A DNA stretch of 59,882 nucleotides from Thermoanaerobaculia bacterium (lineage in GTDB: Bacteria; Acidobacteriota; Thermoanaerobaculia; Multivoradales; UBA5704). Positions 9,832 to 22,800 of this stretch are shown in pieces (position 1 is the stretch's first letter; every line of letters begins with the position of its first letter). The notes beneath the pieces were generated by a model that did not search any database, was not told the DNA's origin, and saw nothing but the letters and a program-made list of their open reading frames with translations. Location of the stretch: positions 1 to 59,882 of the forward strand of contig DATANP010000366.1 of assembly GCA_036266195.1 (NCBI GenBank). The letters run 5' to 3'. The position numbers and the translations under genes are program-made.

Positions 9832-10827
9832 TCAGGCTCCTTCCTTCTTCTCCGGAGCCGGAGGCGGAGGCCACTTGTCCACCCGGTTCTCCACCGGCGG
9901 CAGGCTGCGCAGGTAGTCGTAGATCGCGCCGAGGTCCTCGTCCGTCATGCCGGAGTAGGACCACCAGGGCATGCCGGTGTTGTGGCCGTCCTTGACCTTC
10001 GGGGCGGTCGAGGGGTCGGAGAAACCGCGGAAGGTGCCGATGAACTCGGCCTTGGTGCGGTTGCCGAGGCCGGTCTCGTGCGAGGTCAGGTTGGCGCTCA
10101 CCACCCTGCCCCACTGGCCGACCAGCGGATGACCGCCCGAGAACTCCTTGCCCGCAATGTACTGGTGCTTCTGGTCCACGGGCGAGTGGCAGAACTTGCA
10201 GATACCGATGTAGGTCAGGTACTGGCCGTACTGCACCGGATCCGAGCGGTTGGGCTCGGCCACAGGGCCGTCCAGCGGCTTCGGGACCTCCCGCAGAAAA
10301 TACTTGAGTGGAAAGTTCAGATGGGTCCTGGGGGCCTCGTAGCGCACGGCCGGCATGCTCCGCAGGTAGGCCACGATGGACTTCGCGTCCTCGTCGGACA
10401 TCTTGCTGTATTCCTCGTAGGGCATGAGCGGGAAGAGCGCGTTGCCGTCGCGATCGACCCCTTCGCGCATGGCGCGCAGGATCTCGCCGTCGGTCCAGTC
10501 GCCGATGCCGGTCTCCTTGTCCGGAGTGATGTTCGGGCTGCAGATCGCTCCCGGAATGCCCTTGCCCTGGAGGCAGTCGCCGCCGGCTCCGGGCGGGCCC
10601 TGCGGCGGTCCGCCGTAGCGGGTCCAGTCGGGCTTGGCGTGGCAGGCGAAGCAGGCGGCCACGTGCCTGGCCAGGTACTCGCCGCGCTGCACGCGCGCGG
10701 GCGTGATCTCGACGGTCTCGGTCGAGGGCGGGCGTTGCGCCGGCCTCGATTTCACCTTGTAGAACAGGGCTCCGCCGCCGACCACAAGCACGACGAGCAC
10801 CAGGAGTACGACAAGAGCTTTCTTCAT
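9832..10827 (-). CDS. Membrane-anchored di-haem c-type cytochrome
   Basis: N-terminal anchor MKKALVVLLVLVVLVVGGG. Two CxxCH motifs (AACFACH, GICKFCH), each followed by a NITPD/NLT...TG(I/L)G-type segment as in cytochrome subunits of membrane dehydrogenases. Its ATG overlaps the NRPS-A stop (caATGAag). Confidence 0.9.
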   Translation of the reverse strand: MKKALVVLLVLVVLVVGGGALFYKVKSRPAQRPPSTETVEITPARVQRGEYLARHVAACFACHAKPDWTRYGGPPQGPPGAGGDCLQGKGIPGAICSPNITPDKETGIGDWTDGEILRAMREGVDRDGNALFPLMPYEEYSKMSDEDAKSIVAYLRSMPAVRYEAPRTHLNFPLKYFLREVPKPLDGPVAEPNRSDPVQYGQYLTYIGICKFCHSPVDQKHQYIAGKEFSGGHPLVGQWGRVVSANLTSHETGLGNRTKAEFIGTFRGFSDPSTAPKVKDGHNTGMPWWSYSGMTDEDLGAIYDYLRSLPPVENRVDKWPPPPAPEKKEGA

Positions 10828-13800
10828 TGAGATTCGTCCCTCCGGGAGAGGTACCGCTCCAACTCACGGGCCAGGCCTCCGACATGGGGCTCGGCCAGGA
10901 TTGTAAGGTGCTGGCCGGGTACGGGCACAACTTCGACAGGGCTCTGCACGACGCGGCCCCAGCCCAGGTCCGGCTCGCTCAGAGGACCCTCGGAGACCGG
11001 CGGCATGTCGGCGGCGCGGATCAGGGTCAGGCCGCCGGGGTACGGCCGGGGCTCGTAGGCACCGGCCGCGTTGGCGTTGGCCTTGTAGACGCGCAGGATG
11101 CGGGCGAGTTGCTCGACCCCGGCGCCGGGCGGCAGGAAGTCGGCGCCGCGCAGGCGCTCGGCGAAGACTTCGAGCTGAGCCTCCATGTCCAGGCTCTCCA
11201 GGTCCGCGCGGGTCAGCCCAAGGCTCTTGCCCCAGAGGCTCTCGACGTAGGCGGCCATGTCTAGGAGGAAGTCGATGTCGGTCTGGAATCCCGCGGCCTC
11301 GGCCGTGAGGTCCGGGACGCTGTCGAGGATGGCGAGGAGCGCCACCTCCTCTCCCTGCTCGCGGAGCTGGCGGGCCATTTCGAAGGCCACGACGCCGCCG
11401 AGCGACCAGCCGCCGAGATGGTAGGGACCCTGCGGCTGCTGCCGGCGCATCTCTTCGACGTAGTGCGCGGCCATGTCCTCGATGCGCGTGAGCGGCGGCT
11501 CGGCACCGGCCAGGCCCTGCGACTGGAAGCCGAAGAACGGCTGGTCCGGACCCAGGTGGCGCGCCAGCGCGGCGAAGCAGAGCACGTCGCCGCCCGCGGG
11601 GTGGACGCAGAAGAGCGGCGGACGCGAGCCGGACGGCTGGATCGGGACGAGCGAGGTGGAGGCCTCTTCGGACTCTCCGGCGCGCAGGCGGGCCGCCATC
11701 TCTTCGACGGTGCCACCCTGGAAGAGGATGGAGAGCGGCAACTCGTGGCCGAAGCGCTGCTGGACCTGGGCCATGAGCTTCACGGCGAGCAGCGAGTGGC
11801 CGCCGGCCTCGAAGAAGTTGTCGCGGACTCCCACGCGCGGGACGCCCAGGACCTCCTGCCAGATGCGGACGAGCTCCAGCTCGACGACGTCCCTGGGCTC
11901 GACGAAATCGGCGCCTGCATGGTCGTCCGCGGACGGGTCGAGGCGCAGCAGGGCGTCGCGGTCGATCTTGTCGGTCGGGGTGCGGGGCAGCGCCTCCAGG
12001 AAGGTGAAGCTGCCGGGCACCATGTAGTCGGGCAGGCGGTCGCGCAGGTGCTCGCGCAGGTCCTGGGCCGCGAGCGGCGGCAGGTCCTCGTCGCCCTCCA
12101 GGACCGGCCCGGGCACGACGAAGGCGGCGAGGCGCTTGCCGCCGCGGCCGTCGTCACGGACCAGGACGGCGTACTCGCGCAGGCGCGGATGAGTGCCGAG
12201 CGCGGCCTCGATCTCGCCCAGCTCGATGCGCAGGCCGCGGATCTTGATCTGGCGGTCGATCCGGCCGAGGAATTCGAGCTCGCCGTCGGCGTTCCAGCGC
12301 GCCAGATCGCCGGTGCGGTACAGGCGCTCGCCCGGGTGTTCGGCGAGGGCGAACGGATCGGGCGCGAAGCGCTCCGCGGTCAGCTCCGGCCGGTTCAGGT
12401 ATCCGCGCGCCAGGCCGGCGCCGCCGATCCAGAGCGCGCCGGGCACTCCGACGGGCGCGGGCTGGCCCTGGAAGTCGAGCACGTAGGCGCGCGAGCCGCC
12501 GACCGGGCGGCCGATGGGCGGCTCCTTGCGGTAGACACCCGAGCAGACGTGGACCGTGGTGTAGATGGTGGTCTCGGTCGGGCCGTAGCAGTTGAGGAGC
12601 CGGCGCAGGATCGAATCCGGCGGCGACCAGCGGCTCGCCAACTCGCCCGGGCAGCTCTCTCCGCCGACGCTCACCACCTCCAGTGTGGGCATGCCCTCCT
12701 GGGGGAGCGAGTTGAGGACGGACGGCGTGAGCACCGCGGTGGTGATGCCGTCGCGCCGGATCATGGCGGCCAGGGCGTCGCCCGAGAGCAGGGTCTCCTG
12801 GCGGGCCACGCAGAGGGCGGCCCCGGTGGACAGAGCGGTCCAGGTCTCCAGGACCGAGGCGTCGAAGCTGAACGAGACGGACTGGAGCAGGCGGCTCTCC
12901 GGCCCCACTCCGAAATGCTCGACCGCGCGGCGGATGAGGTTCACCGCCGAGCCGTGGCGCACGAGGACGCCGTTCGGACGCCCGGTCGAGCCCGAGGTAT
13001 AGATGACGTAGGCGAGATGGTCCGGCCCGACGCCGGCGCCCGCGGAGATCCGCGGCTCGATCTCCCAGTCGTCGAGGTCGAGGCAGAGGGTTTCGGCGTC
13101 GTGGTCCGGCAGCGCGTCGAGCAGGCGGCTCTCGATGATCAGGACGCGGGCGCGGGAGTCTTCCAGCATCCAGGAGAGGCGCTCGCGGGGGTGCGACGGA
13201 TCGAGCGGAATGTAGGCGCCGCCGGCCTTGAATACCCCGAGAACCGCCATGATCCTCTCGATGCCGCGCTCGAGGGAGATCCCGACAAGTCCCTCGGGAC
13301 CGACCCCGAGACTACGCAGCCGGCCCGCGAGGCGCTCCGACCGCTCGTCCAGCTCGCCATAGGTCATCGTCCGGTCGTCGAAGATCACGGCCGGAGCCTC
13401 GGGCCGGCGCTTCGCCTGCTCCTCGAACAGGTGGTGCAGGCAGCAATCAGCGATGTCGAAATCCGAGGTCGCGGTGTCGTTCCACTGGACGAGGATCTGG
13501 TCGCGCTCGGAGGCGGTGAGGAGCGGCAGCTCCGAGAGCGGCCGGTCCGGGTTCCCGGCCGCGGCGCCGAGGAGGATCGCCATGTGGTCGGACAGGCGGT
13601 CGATGGTGGACGGATCGAAAAGGTCGGCGCTGTACTCCCAGGAGCCGTCGAGCGTGTCGGAGCGGCCGATCTCCGGCTCGGTGATGCCGAGGAGGAGATC
13701 GACCTTGGCCGAGGCGCCCTCGGCGCCAAGCGGCGAGAGGACGAGGCCGGGCAGCTCCAGCGGCTGGGCCGGGGTGTTGAAGGTGAAAACCACCTGGTAG

Positions 13801-16800
13801 ACGGGGTTGCGCGCCAGGCTGCGCTCGATCTTGAGCTCGTCCACGAGGCGCTCGAACGGCAGGTCCTGATGGGCGTAGGCGCCGAGGGCCGCGGTGCGCA
13901 CGCGGCCGAGCAGTTCGCGGAAGGTGATCCCCTGCGGCGCCGGGGAACGGAATTCGCCGCGCAGGACCAGGGCGTTGACGAAGAAGCCGATCAGGCCTTC
14001 GACCTCGCTCCGCGTGCGGTTCGCCACGGGCGAGCCGACGAGAATGTCCTCCTGGCCGGTGTAGCGATGGAGGATCGCCTGGAGGCCGGCGAGGAGGACC
14101 ATGAAGAGCGTGGCGCCGCTATCTCGGGCCACCTCACGGAGTGCCTGCGGCACGGGCGCGGGCAGGCGCATGGGCCGGTGGCCGCCGCGGAACGACTGCA
14201 CGGGCGGTCGCGGATGGTCCGTGGGCAGGTCGAGGACGGTGCGAACGCCCTGCAGGCGCTCGCGCCAGTAGGCGATCTGGGCCTCCAGCACCTCGCCGCG
14301 CAGCCACTGGCGCTGCCAGACCGCGAAGTCGGCGTACTGGACCGGCAACGGCGGGAGCGCCGAGGGGCGGCCGTCGAGGAAGGCGCGGTAGAGTGCGGCC
14401 ATCTCGGCGGTGAGCACGCCCACGGACCAGCCGTCGCTCACGATGTGGTGCATGTTGAGGAGCATGGCCCAGTCCTCGTCGCCGTTGCGGACGAGCAGGG
14501 CGCGCAGGAGCGGACCGCGGTGGAGGTCGAACGGCTGGGCGGCCTCGGAGCTCAGCGCGAGCCGGGCCTCGGCCTCGCGGCGGTCTCCGGGCAGGGCGGT
14601 GAGGTCCACCACGGGCACCGGCACGTGAAGCTCCGGCGCGACGGCCTGGAACGGCCGGCCCTCGTGCTGGTCGAAGGTGGTGCGCAGGGCCTCGTGGCGG
14701 CGGACGATCTCGTTGAGCGCGGCTGCGAGCGCGGCCACGTCGAGCCGGCCGGTGGCGCGCAGGGCCGACGGCACGTTGTAGAGCACGCCCCCGGGCTCCA
14801 GGCGGTCGAGGAACCACAGGCGCTCCTGGGCGAAGGAGAGCGGCGGCCACGGGCCGCGCTCCTCGGCGGAGAGCGGCAGGATGGGAGGCGCGGCCACTCC
14901 TCCAGCGTCGCGGAGCGCAGCCTCGACGCGCCGCGCGAGCGCGTCCAGCCGCGGCGTCTGGAACACGGCGCGCAGCGGCAGCTCGACGCCGAAGGCCTCG
15001 CGCAGGCGCGAGACGAGTCGGGTGGCGAGCAGCGAATGGCCGCCGAGGTCGAAGAAGTCGTCGGAGGGGCGGATGCGTTCGATCCCGAGCAGCTCGCTCC
15101 AGATGCCGGCCAGCATCTCCTCAGTCGACGTGAGGTGGACGGCCCCCGTCTCTTCCGCCTGGGGCTCGGGCTTGATGCGGGCGAGCGCCCTGCGGTCCAC
15201 CTTGCCGCTGGCGTTGAGCGGCATGGCATCCAGGGCTATGAAGGCGGAGGGCACCATGTAGGGCGGCAGGCGCGCGGCCAGGGTCTCGCGTAGTGCGTGA
15301 AGGGCCGGCAGGCTCTGGCCCTCGCGCGGCGTGAGGTAGGCGACGAGGTGCTTCTCACCACCCTCCTGATCGACCAGCACGACCGCCTCGCGGATCTCGG
15401 GCAGGGCGACGAGCGCGGCCTCGATCTCGCCCAGCTCGATGCGGAAGCCGCGAATTTTGATTTGATGGTCAATGCGGCCGAGGAACTCGACGTCGCCGTC
15501 CGGCAGCCAGCGCACGAGGTCGCCGGTGCGGTAGAGGCGCTCTCCGGGAGTACCGAAGGGGTTGGGCACGAAGGACACTGCGGTCAGCTCGGGGCGGTGG
15601 CGGTAGCCCCGGGCCAGGCCCGCGCCGGCGATGCACAGCTCCCCCGGCACGCCCACCGGCACGGGCCGGAAGGCGCGATCGAGGACGAAGACCCGGATGT
15701 TCTCGATGGACCGGCCGATGGTCGGCGGCCGGTCGCCCTCGCGGAGCACGACCGCGGCGTTGGTCACCACGGTACTCTCGGTGGGGCCGTAGTGGTTGAC
15801 CAGATCGAAGGGGTGCTCGCGGCGCGGCCGGCGCAGGAGGCGGTCGCCGCCTGTGAGGATCGTGCGCAGGACCAGCCGCTCGGGCACGGGCTCGGTCAGA
15901 ACCGCCTCGACGAGCGGCGTGGGCAGGAAGGTGATGGTGATCCCCTCCTCCGCCATCCAGGCCCAGAGGTCCGGCGGCGAGGCCACGATGTCGGCCGGCG
16001 GCACGTGCAGCGAGGCTCCCGAAGCGAGCGCCGGCCAGATCTCCCAGACCGACGCGTCGAAGCCGGAACCGGCCAGGAGCGCGCAGCGGTCGTCCGGCGT
16101 CAGGCCGTAGGCGCGCCGGTGCCAGGAGACCAGATTCGAGAGGCCCGAATGCCGAAGCTCTGTGCCCTTCGGGTTGCCGGTCGAGCCTGACGTATAAATC
16201 ACATAAGCAAGGTTTTCAGGCTCCACGGCGACCTGGATCCGATCTCCCTCTTCAAGATCGAGCGCGTCGAGACACAGCGCCGGAACGCCCGCGGGCTCCA
16301 ACTCGCCCGCCAGCTCCTGGCTGGTGAGGACGGCAAGGGCGCCCGAGTCGCGCAGCGTGTAGAGCAGGCGCTCGGCCGGGTTCGAAGGATCGAGCGGCAG
16401 GTAGGCGCCGCCCGCCTTAAGCACGGCGAGGACCGCGAGGACCTGCGTGGGCGAGCGCTCCAGGCAGACGGCCACGACCTTTTCAGGTCCGGCTCCCATC
16501 TCCCGGAGCCGGGCTGCCAAACGGTCCGCGCCGCGATCCAGCTCGCCGTAGCTGAGCCGGCTGTCGCCCTGGACCACAGCCAGGGCATCGGGGTTGCGCG
16601 CCGCCTGCTGCTCGATCAGGCGATGGACGCGGACGTCCTCGACTGGCAGCGAGACGCCGGCCCAATCCTCCAGGAGCTGGCGCCGCTCCTCTTCGGCGAG
16701 CAGCGGGAGGTCCTCCAGGCTGCGGTCGGGATCGGCGAGCGCGCCTTCGAGGAGGATGGCGTAGTGCCGCAGGAGCCGCTCGGCGGTCGCGGGCTCGAAG

Positions 16801-19800
16801 AGGTCGATGTCGAACTGGATGCCCGCGACGATCTCGCCCGCCGGCCTCTCCTCCAGGGCCACGCTCAGCTCGAACTTGGCCGCGGTGACCTCGAAATCGA
16901 TGGGCGCCAGGGTGAGCCCCGGCAGCTCCAGGGCTCCCGAGGGGCCGGCCGCGGTCTGCACCGAGAACGAGACCTGGAAGAGCGGTGTGCGCACGAGGTC
17001 GCGGCCCTCGCCCATCTCATCCACCAGCTTTTCAAACGGCAGGTCCTGGTGCGCGAAGGCGCCGAGCACGCTCTCGCGGGTGCGCGCCAACAGGCCGCGG
17101 AAGCTCGGCGGACCCGAGAGCCGGCCGCGCAGCACGAGGGTGTTCACGAAGAAGCCGATCAGCGCCTCGGTCTCCGGCAGCGGCCGGTCGGCCACGGGCG
17201 AGCCCACGAGGAGGTCGTCCTGGCCCGTGTAGCGGCCGAGGAGCGCCTGGAAGGCGGCGAGGAGGAGCATGAACGAGGTCGCGCCCTCCTTCTGCCGCAG
17301 CGCGGTCACGGCGTTGCCAATCCCCGCCGGGAAGCTCAGCCAGGCGCTGGCGCCGCGGTTGGTGGGCGCGGGCGGACGCGGACGGTCGGTCGGCAGCTCC
17401 AGCTTCGTGGGCGCGCCGTCCAGCTCGCGCTTCCACCAGTCGAGCCGGCCCGCGAGCCCCTCGCCCTGGAGCCGCTCGCGCTGCCACTCGGCATAGTCGG
17501 CGTACTGTACCGGCAGGTCCGGCAAAGGCGACGGGCGGCCCTGGGAGAAGGCGTTGTAGAGCGCGCCCAGCTCGCGCACCAGGACGTTGAAGGAGAGCCC
17601 GTCGCAGACGATGTGATGAAAGGTCAGAATGAGCGCCCAGGAGTCCTCCGCCAGGTGGGCCAGCACACCCCGGACCACGGGCCCGTGGGCGAGGTCGAAG
17701 GAGGTCCGGTCGTGCTGCTCGACCAGGTCGCGGACCGCGGCGAGTTGCCGGTCCCCGGGCACGTGCCGCAGGTCGGCCTGCCGGAGCTTCAGGGGCGACG
17801 GAGGGTGGACGACCTGTTTCGGGTTTCCGTCGATCTCGGGAAACACGGTGCGCAGCACCTCGTTGCGGCGCACGACCTCGTCCAGGCTGCGCTGGAAGGC
17901 GTCCAGGTCCAGCCGGCCGTCGAGGCGCAGGGCGATGGTGACGTTGTAGAGGCTCGTGCCGGGCTGGAGACGGTCGAGGAACCAGAGGCGCTCCTGCCCG
18001 AACGAGAGACGGGCCGGGCCGGCGCTCACGCGCCTGGGGATCGTGAGGCGCGGCGCCTCGTCCGCGGCCTGGAGCTTCGCGGATTTCGCCTTCATGAGCT
18101 TCGCCAGGGCGGCGCGCTTCTGGTCGGAGAGGCCGGACCGGCGCTCGGACAGCTCGCCCTCGCGGGCCGCGACCCGGTTGCGCAGCTCCTCCTCTTTCCG
18201 CTGGGACTCGTCCTCCGCGGAGGCCGCTGCGGCGGACACCTCGGCGGGCTCCCCGCCAAGGACCTGCCGGCGCTCGGGTTCGGGAATCCGCGGCAGGTCC
18301 GAGACCTGGCGGTCGGGATCGTCCATGACTGCCTCCAGGATCACACGGAAGTGCTCCGACCAGCGCTCGATCGTGGATGGGTCGAAGAGATCGGCACTGT
18401 ACTGGAACCCGCCGAGCAACTCGCCCCGGAACTCCCCGAGGCCGAGCGTGACGTCGAACAGCGAGACGTCGGAGTCGCGGTCCAGCAGCGAGAGGGCGAG
18501 CCCGGGCAGGGCCGGCTCCTCCAGGGGCGCGTTGTGGAGGCCGAACATTACCTGGAAAAGCGGGTTGCGGTCCAGGCTGCGCGCCACCTGCAGGCTCTCC
18601 ACCAGCTTCTCGAACGGGAGGTCCTGGTGGACGTAGGCGCCCAGGGCCACGGTCCGGACACGCCTGACGAGATCGCGGAACGTGCCCGGCCCCTCCCGGC
18701 TGCGCAGCACGAGCGTGTTGATGAAGCAGCCGATGAGCGGCTCGGTCTCGGGCCGGCCGCGACCCGCCACGGGCGTGCCGACCAGCAGGTCGTCCTGCCC
18801 GCTCACCCGGTGCAGAACCGTCTCGAAGCAGGCGAGGAGGGTCATGAACAGGGTCGCGCCCAGCCGCCGGCTGAGCGCCTGGGCGCGCTCCAGAACCGCC
18901 GCCGGCAAGGTCAGCTCGCGCGTGGCGCCGCGGTGGCTCACCACGGCCGGCTGCGGCCGGTCGGTGGGCAGCTCGATCTTCTCCGGCGCGCCGGCCAGCG
19001 CCTCGCGCCACCAGGCGAGCAGGCGGTCCAGCGCCTCGCCCTGGAGCCATGCGCGCTGCCAGACCGCCACGTCGCCGTACTGCACGGGGAGCGGGGGCAG
19101 AACGGGCTCACGGCCATCGCCGGGGTCGACGATCCGGCCGTAGAGATCCGCCAACTCGCCGAGGAGCACGCTGGTGGACCAGCCGTCGCTCGCGATGTGA
19201 TGGACGGACAGGGTGAGGACCCAGGCCCGGTCGTCCAGCCGCAGGAGGCGGAAGCGCGTGACCCTCCCCTCCTCCAGCCGGTAGGGCAGGCCCTCCTCCT
19301 CCTTGGCGAGGCGCACGGCCTCGGCCTCGCGGAGGCTCTCGGGGAGACCGCGGAGATCGCTGACCGGGAGGGTCACGGCTGTCTCGGCCTGGACCCTCTG
19401 CACGGCGCGGCCGTTCTCCGTGGCGTAGGCCGTGCGCAGGACCTCGTGGCGGCGGACGATCTCCTGGAGCGCGGCGCGCAGGGCGGGCACGGAGAGCCGG
19501 CCGGTCAGACGCACGGCGAGCGAGATGTTGTACAGCGGGCTCGCCGGATCGAGCTGGTAGAGGAACCAGAGGCGCTCCTGGGCAAAGGAGAGCGGCAGGT
19601 CCTCGCCGGTCCGGGGGCGCGGCAGGATCGGCGGCAGGGCGATGCCTCTCTCGTCCGCCAGCAGGCTGTCCAGCGCGGCGGCGAGCCCGGCCACGGTCGG
19701 CGCCTCGAAGACCGTGCGGAGCGAGAGCTGCACGCCCAGCTCGTTCGAGAGGCGCGAGATCAGGCGCGTGGCGAGCAGCGAGTGGCCGCCAAGGTCGAAG

Positions 19801-22800
19801 AAGTCGTCGTCCACGCCAATGCGGTCCCGCTTCAGCAGCTCGGCCAGGATGCCGGCCACCAGCTCCTCGGTCGGCGTGCGCGGCTCGATCAGGTCGCCGG
19901 GCCGCTCGTCCCGAAGAGCCGTCTGCGCCAAAACGCGGCGGTCCACCTTGCCGTTGGCGTTGAGGGGCAGCGCTTCCAGCCAGGCGAAGCCGGATGGGAC
20001 CATGTAGGCCGGCAGGCGCTTTTCGAGGAACGGCCGGAGGTCGGTCTCCGCCCCGACCAGGAACGCTACCAGGTGCTTGTCCGAGCCCTCGCCCTGGACG
20101 ACCACGGACGCCTCGGCCACCGCGGGGTGCTCGCAGAGCGTGGTCTCGATCTCCCCGGGCTCGATGCGGAAGCCGCGGATCTTCACCTGCTGGTCGATCC
20201 GGCCCAGGAATTCGATCTCGCCGGTGGGTCGGTACCTGGCGAGGTCACCGGTACGGTAGAGACGGCCTCCGGGCGGACCGAGCGGGTCGGGCACGAAGCG
20301 CTCGGCGGTGAGGTCCGGCCGGTTGAGATAACCCCGCGCCAGGCCGTCGCCGCCGATGCACAGCTCTCCCAAACCTCCGGCGGGCACGAGGCGCAGCCCG
20401 CGGTCGAGCAGGTAGACCCGGGTGTTCGAGATCGGACGGCCGATCGGCACCGCGGCGTCGGCTCCGGGCGGCGAGGTCATGAGATGGCCCGTCGTAAACG
20501 TGGTGCTCTCGGTGGGGCCGTAGCCGTTCATCAGGACCAGCCCGGGGTTCTCGCGCAGGACCCGGTCCACGTGCGGCGGCGAGAGCACGTCGCCACCGGC
20601 CATGAGGAACCGCAGCCCGCGAAAGCTGTCCGGACGGGCCTCGACGAGCTGGTGGAACAGCCCGGCCGTGAGCCACATGACAGTCACCTTCTCGCGCAGG
20701 AAGGCGTCGCCCAGCTCGTCGAGCGAGAGCGCGTGCGGCGGCGGCATGACGACGGTGCCGCCGATGAGCAAGGGGCCCCAAATCTCCAGCGTCGAGGCGT
20801 CGAAGGCCAGGGGCGCAAACTGCAGGACCACGTCTCCGGGCTGGAAGTCGGCGAACCAGTTCTCCTTGAGAAGGCGCGCCACGTTGCGGTGGGTCACCGC
20901 GACGCCCTTGGGCCGGCCCGTGGAGCCGGACGTGAACAGCACGAAGGCGAGGTTTTCGGAGTCCGGCCGCGGACCGTGGGACAGCCCGGGGCCGTCCTCC
21001 TCCATCGTCAGGATCGACGTTCCCTCCGGCAGCCGGCCTCGTAGGTCGCCGCGGGTCACGACCACGGGCGCGGTGTCTGCGATGACGAAGGCGATCCGGT
21101 CGGCGGGCAGGGAGGGATCGAGCGGCACGTAGGCGCCGCCCGCCTTGAGGGTGGCGAGCAAGGCCACGATCTGCTCCGGCGAGCGCTCCAGGAAGACGCA
21201 CACGAGACGATCCGGCCCGATCCCCGCGGACCGCAGCCGGCCGGCCAGGACCTCGGCCCGAGCGTCCAGCTCGGCGTAGGTCATGGAGCCCGAGGCGGAC
21301 CGCATCGCTTCGGCGTCCGGCGAGCGGCGGACCTGCTCCTCGAACATTTCATGGATCAGGGCGTAGCGCGGGTAGTCCGTGGCCGTGGCGTTCCACCCCG
21401 AGACGAGTTGCTCGCGCTCGGCCTCGCCGATCAGCGGGAGGTCGGCGATCGGCAGCTCCGGGCGCGCACACGCGCCGCGCAGCAGGTTGGCGAGCTGTCC
21501 GGCGAGGCGCTCCACGGTGGCGGCGTCGAACAGGTCGGTGGCGTACTCCAGGAAACCTGCCAATCCGGTCTCTTCCTCGAACAGCGCCAGGAACAGATCG
21601 AATGGCGTGGCGCCGGGGTGGCGCTCCTCCATCCGGACTTCGAGGCCGGGCAGCGAGAAGCGCGGCAGCGGCACCTGGATGGTGACCGCCGCCTGCGCGA
21701 GCGTATTGTGGCTCAGGCTGCGCTCGATGCGCAGCTCCTCGACCAGCTTGTCGAACGGCAGGTCCTGGTGCGTGTAGGCGCCGAGGGCCATGGACCGCGC
21801 CTGCTCCAGCAGCGCCTCGAACGGGATCTCTTCCGACGGCCGGCCGCGCAGGACGAGCGTGTTGGTGAAGAAGCCGATCAGCGGCTCGACCTCCGGCCGG
21901 AGCCGGTTCGCGATCGGCGTGCCGATCAGCATGTCCTCCTGCCCGGTATACCGATGGAGCAGGGCCTGGAACGCCGCGACGAGAGTCATGAACGGCGTGG
22001 CTCCGCGGCGCGCGCTCAGGTCGCGCAGCGGGCGGTCGAGATCGCGCGGCAGCTCCACGCGGATGCGGGTGCCGCGGAAGCTCTGGAGCTGCGGGCGCGG
22101 CCGGTCGAGGGGCAGCTCCAGAAGCTTCGGCACGCCGTCGAGGGTCTCCCGCCACCAGGCGACCTGCCGCTCCACCACGCCGCTTTCGAGCCACCCGCGA
22201 TGCCAGACCGAGAAGTCGGCGTACTGGATCGGCAGCTCCGGCAGCTCCTCGCCCCACCCCCGCAGATACAGGGCGACCAGCTCCCGGGCCATCACGTCCA
22301 TGGACCAGCCATCCCCTACGATGTGGTGGAGGTTGAGCAGCAGCACATGTTCGTCCGGCGCGAGGCGGACCAGCTCGTACCGGAACACGGGCCCATGCTC
22401 CAGGTCGAACGGCCGGCTGGCCTCATCCGCCGCATGACGTGCGAAGTCATCACGGGCCAGATCGATCCGGGTCAGGGGCGCGGGCTCGAACCGCAGCACG
22501 GTCTGGAGCGCGCCCTCGTCTGTCTGGCGAAAGACGGTGCGCAGTACCTCGTGGCGCCGCACGATCTCCTGGAGGGCCCGTTCCAGCGCGGCCTCGTCGA
22601 GATCGCCGTCGAAGCGCACCGCGTACGGCATGTGGTAGACGGCCTGGTTCTCCAGCATCTGGCTCAGGAACCAGAGCCGCTCCTGGGCATAGGACTGAGG
22701 AACCGGTCCAGTCCTCTCCAGACGGGGAATCGGCGGCAGGGCCGCGGACGGCTCGCCGGATTCGATGCGCGCCGCGAGCGCCTTGATGGTCGAAGCCTCG

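Noticed and set aside
9815-10930. Alternative 371-aa minus-strand ORF overlapping the cytochrome c gene in another frame.
   Set aside because: It is Arg/Pro/Gly-rich with no motifs. The 9832-10827 frame has a membrane anchor and two CxxCH motifs.
18100-18180. The Ser of the LSDQKRAAL core as a cryptic phosphopantetheine attachment site (mini carrier domain).
   Set aside because: There is no GG(H/D)S context. The segment is far shorter than a four-helix carrier fold, and all 15 genuine T domains in the window share a very different, well-conserved sequence.
18300-19640. Pre-linker C domains as epimerisation (E) domains, which would make T-E-C ordinary.
   Set aside because: They begin with the C-type LSFAQERLWF motif, not the E-type PIQxWF. 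They also lack the E-specific motifs I remember (EGHGRE, FNYLG). This is left as a refutation test because it was judged by eye only.
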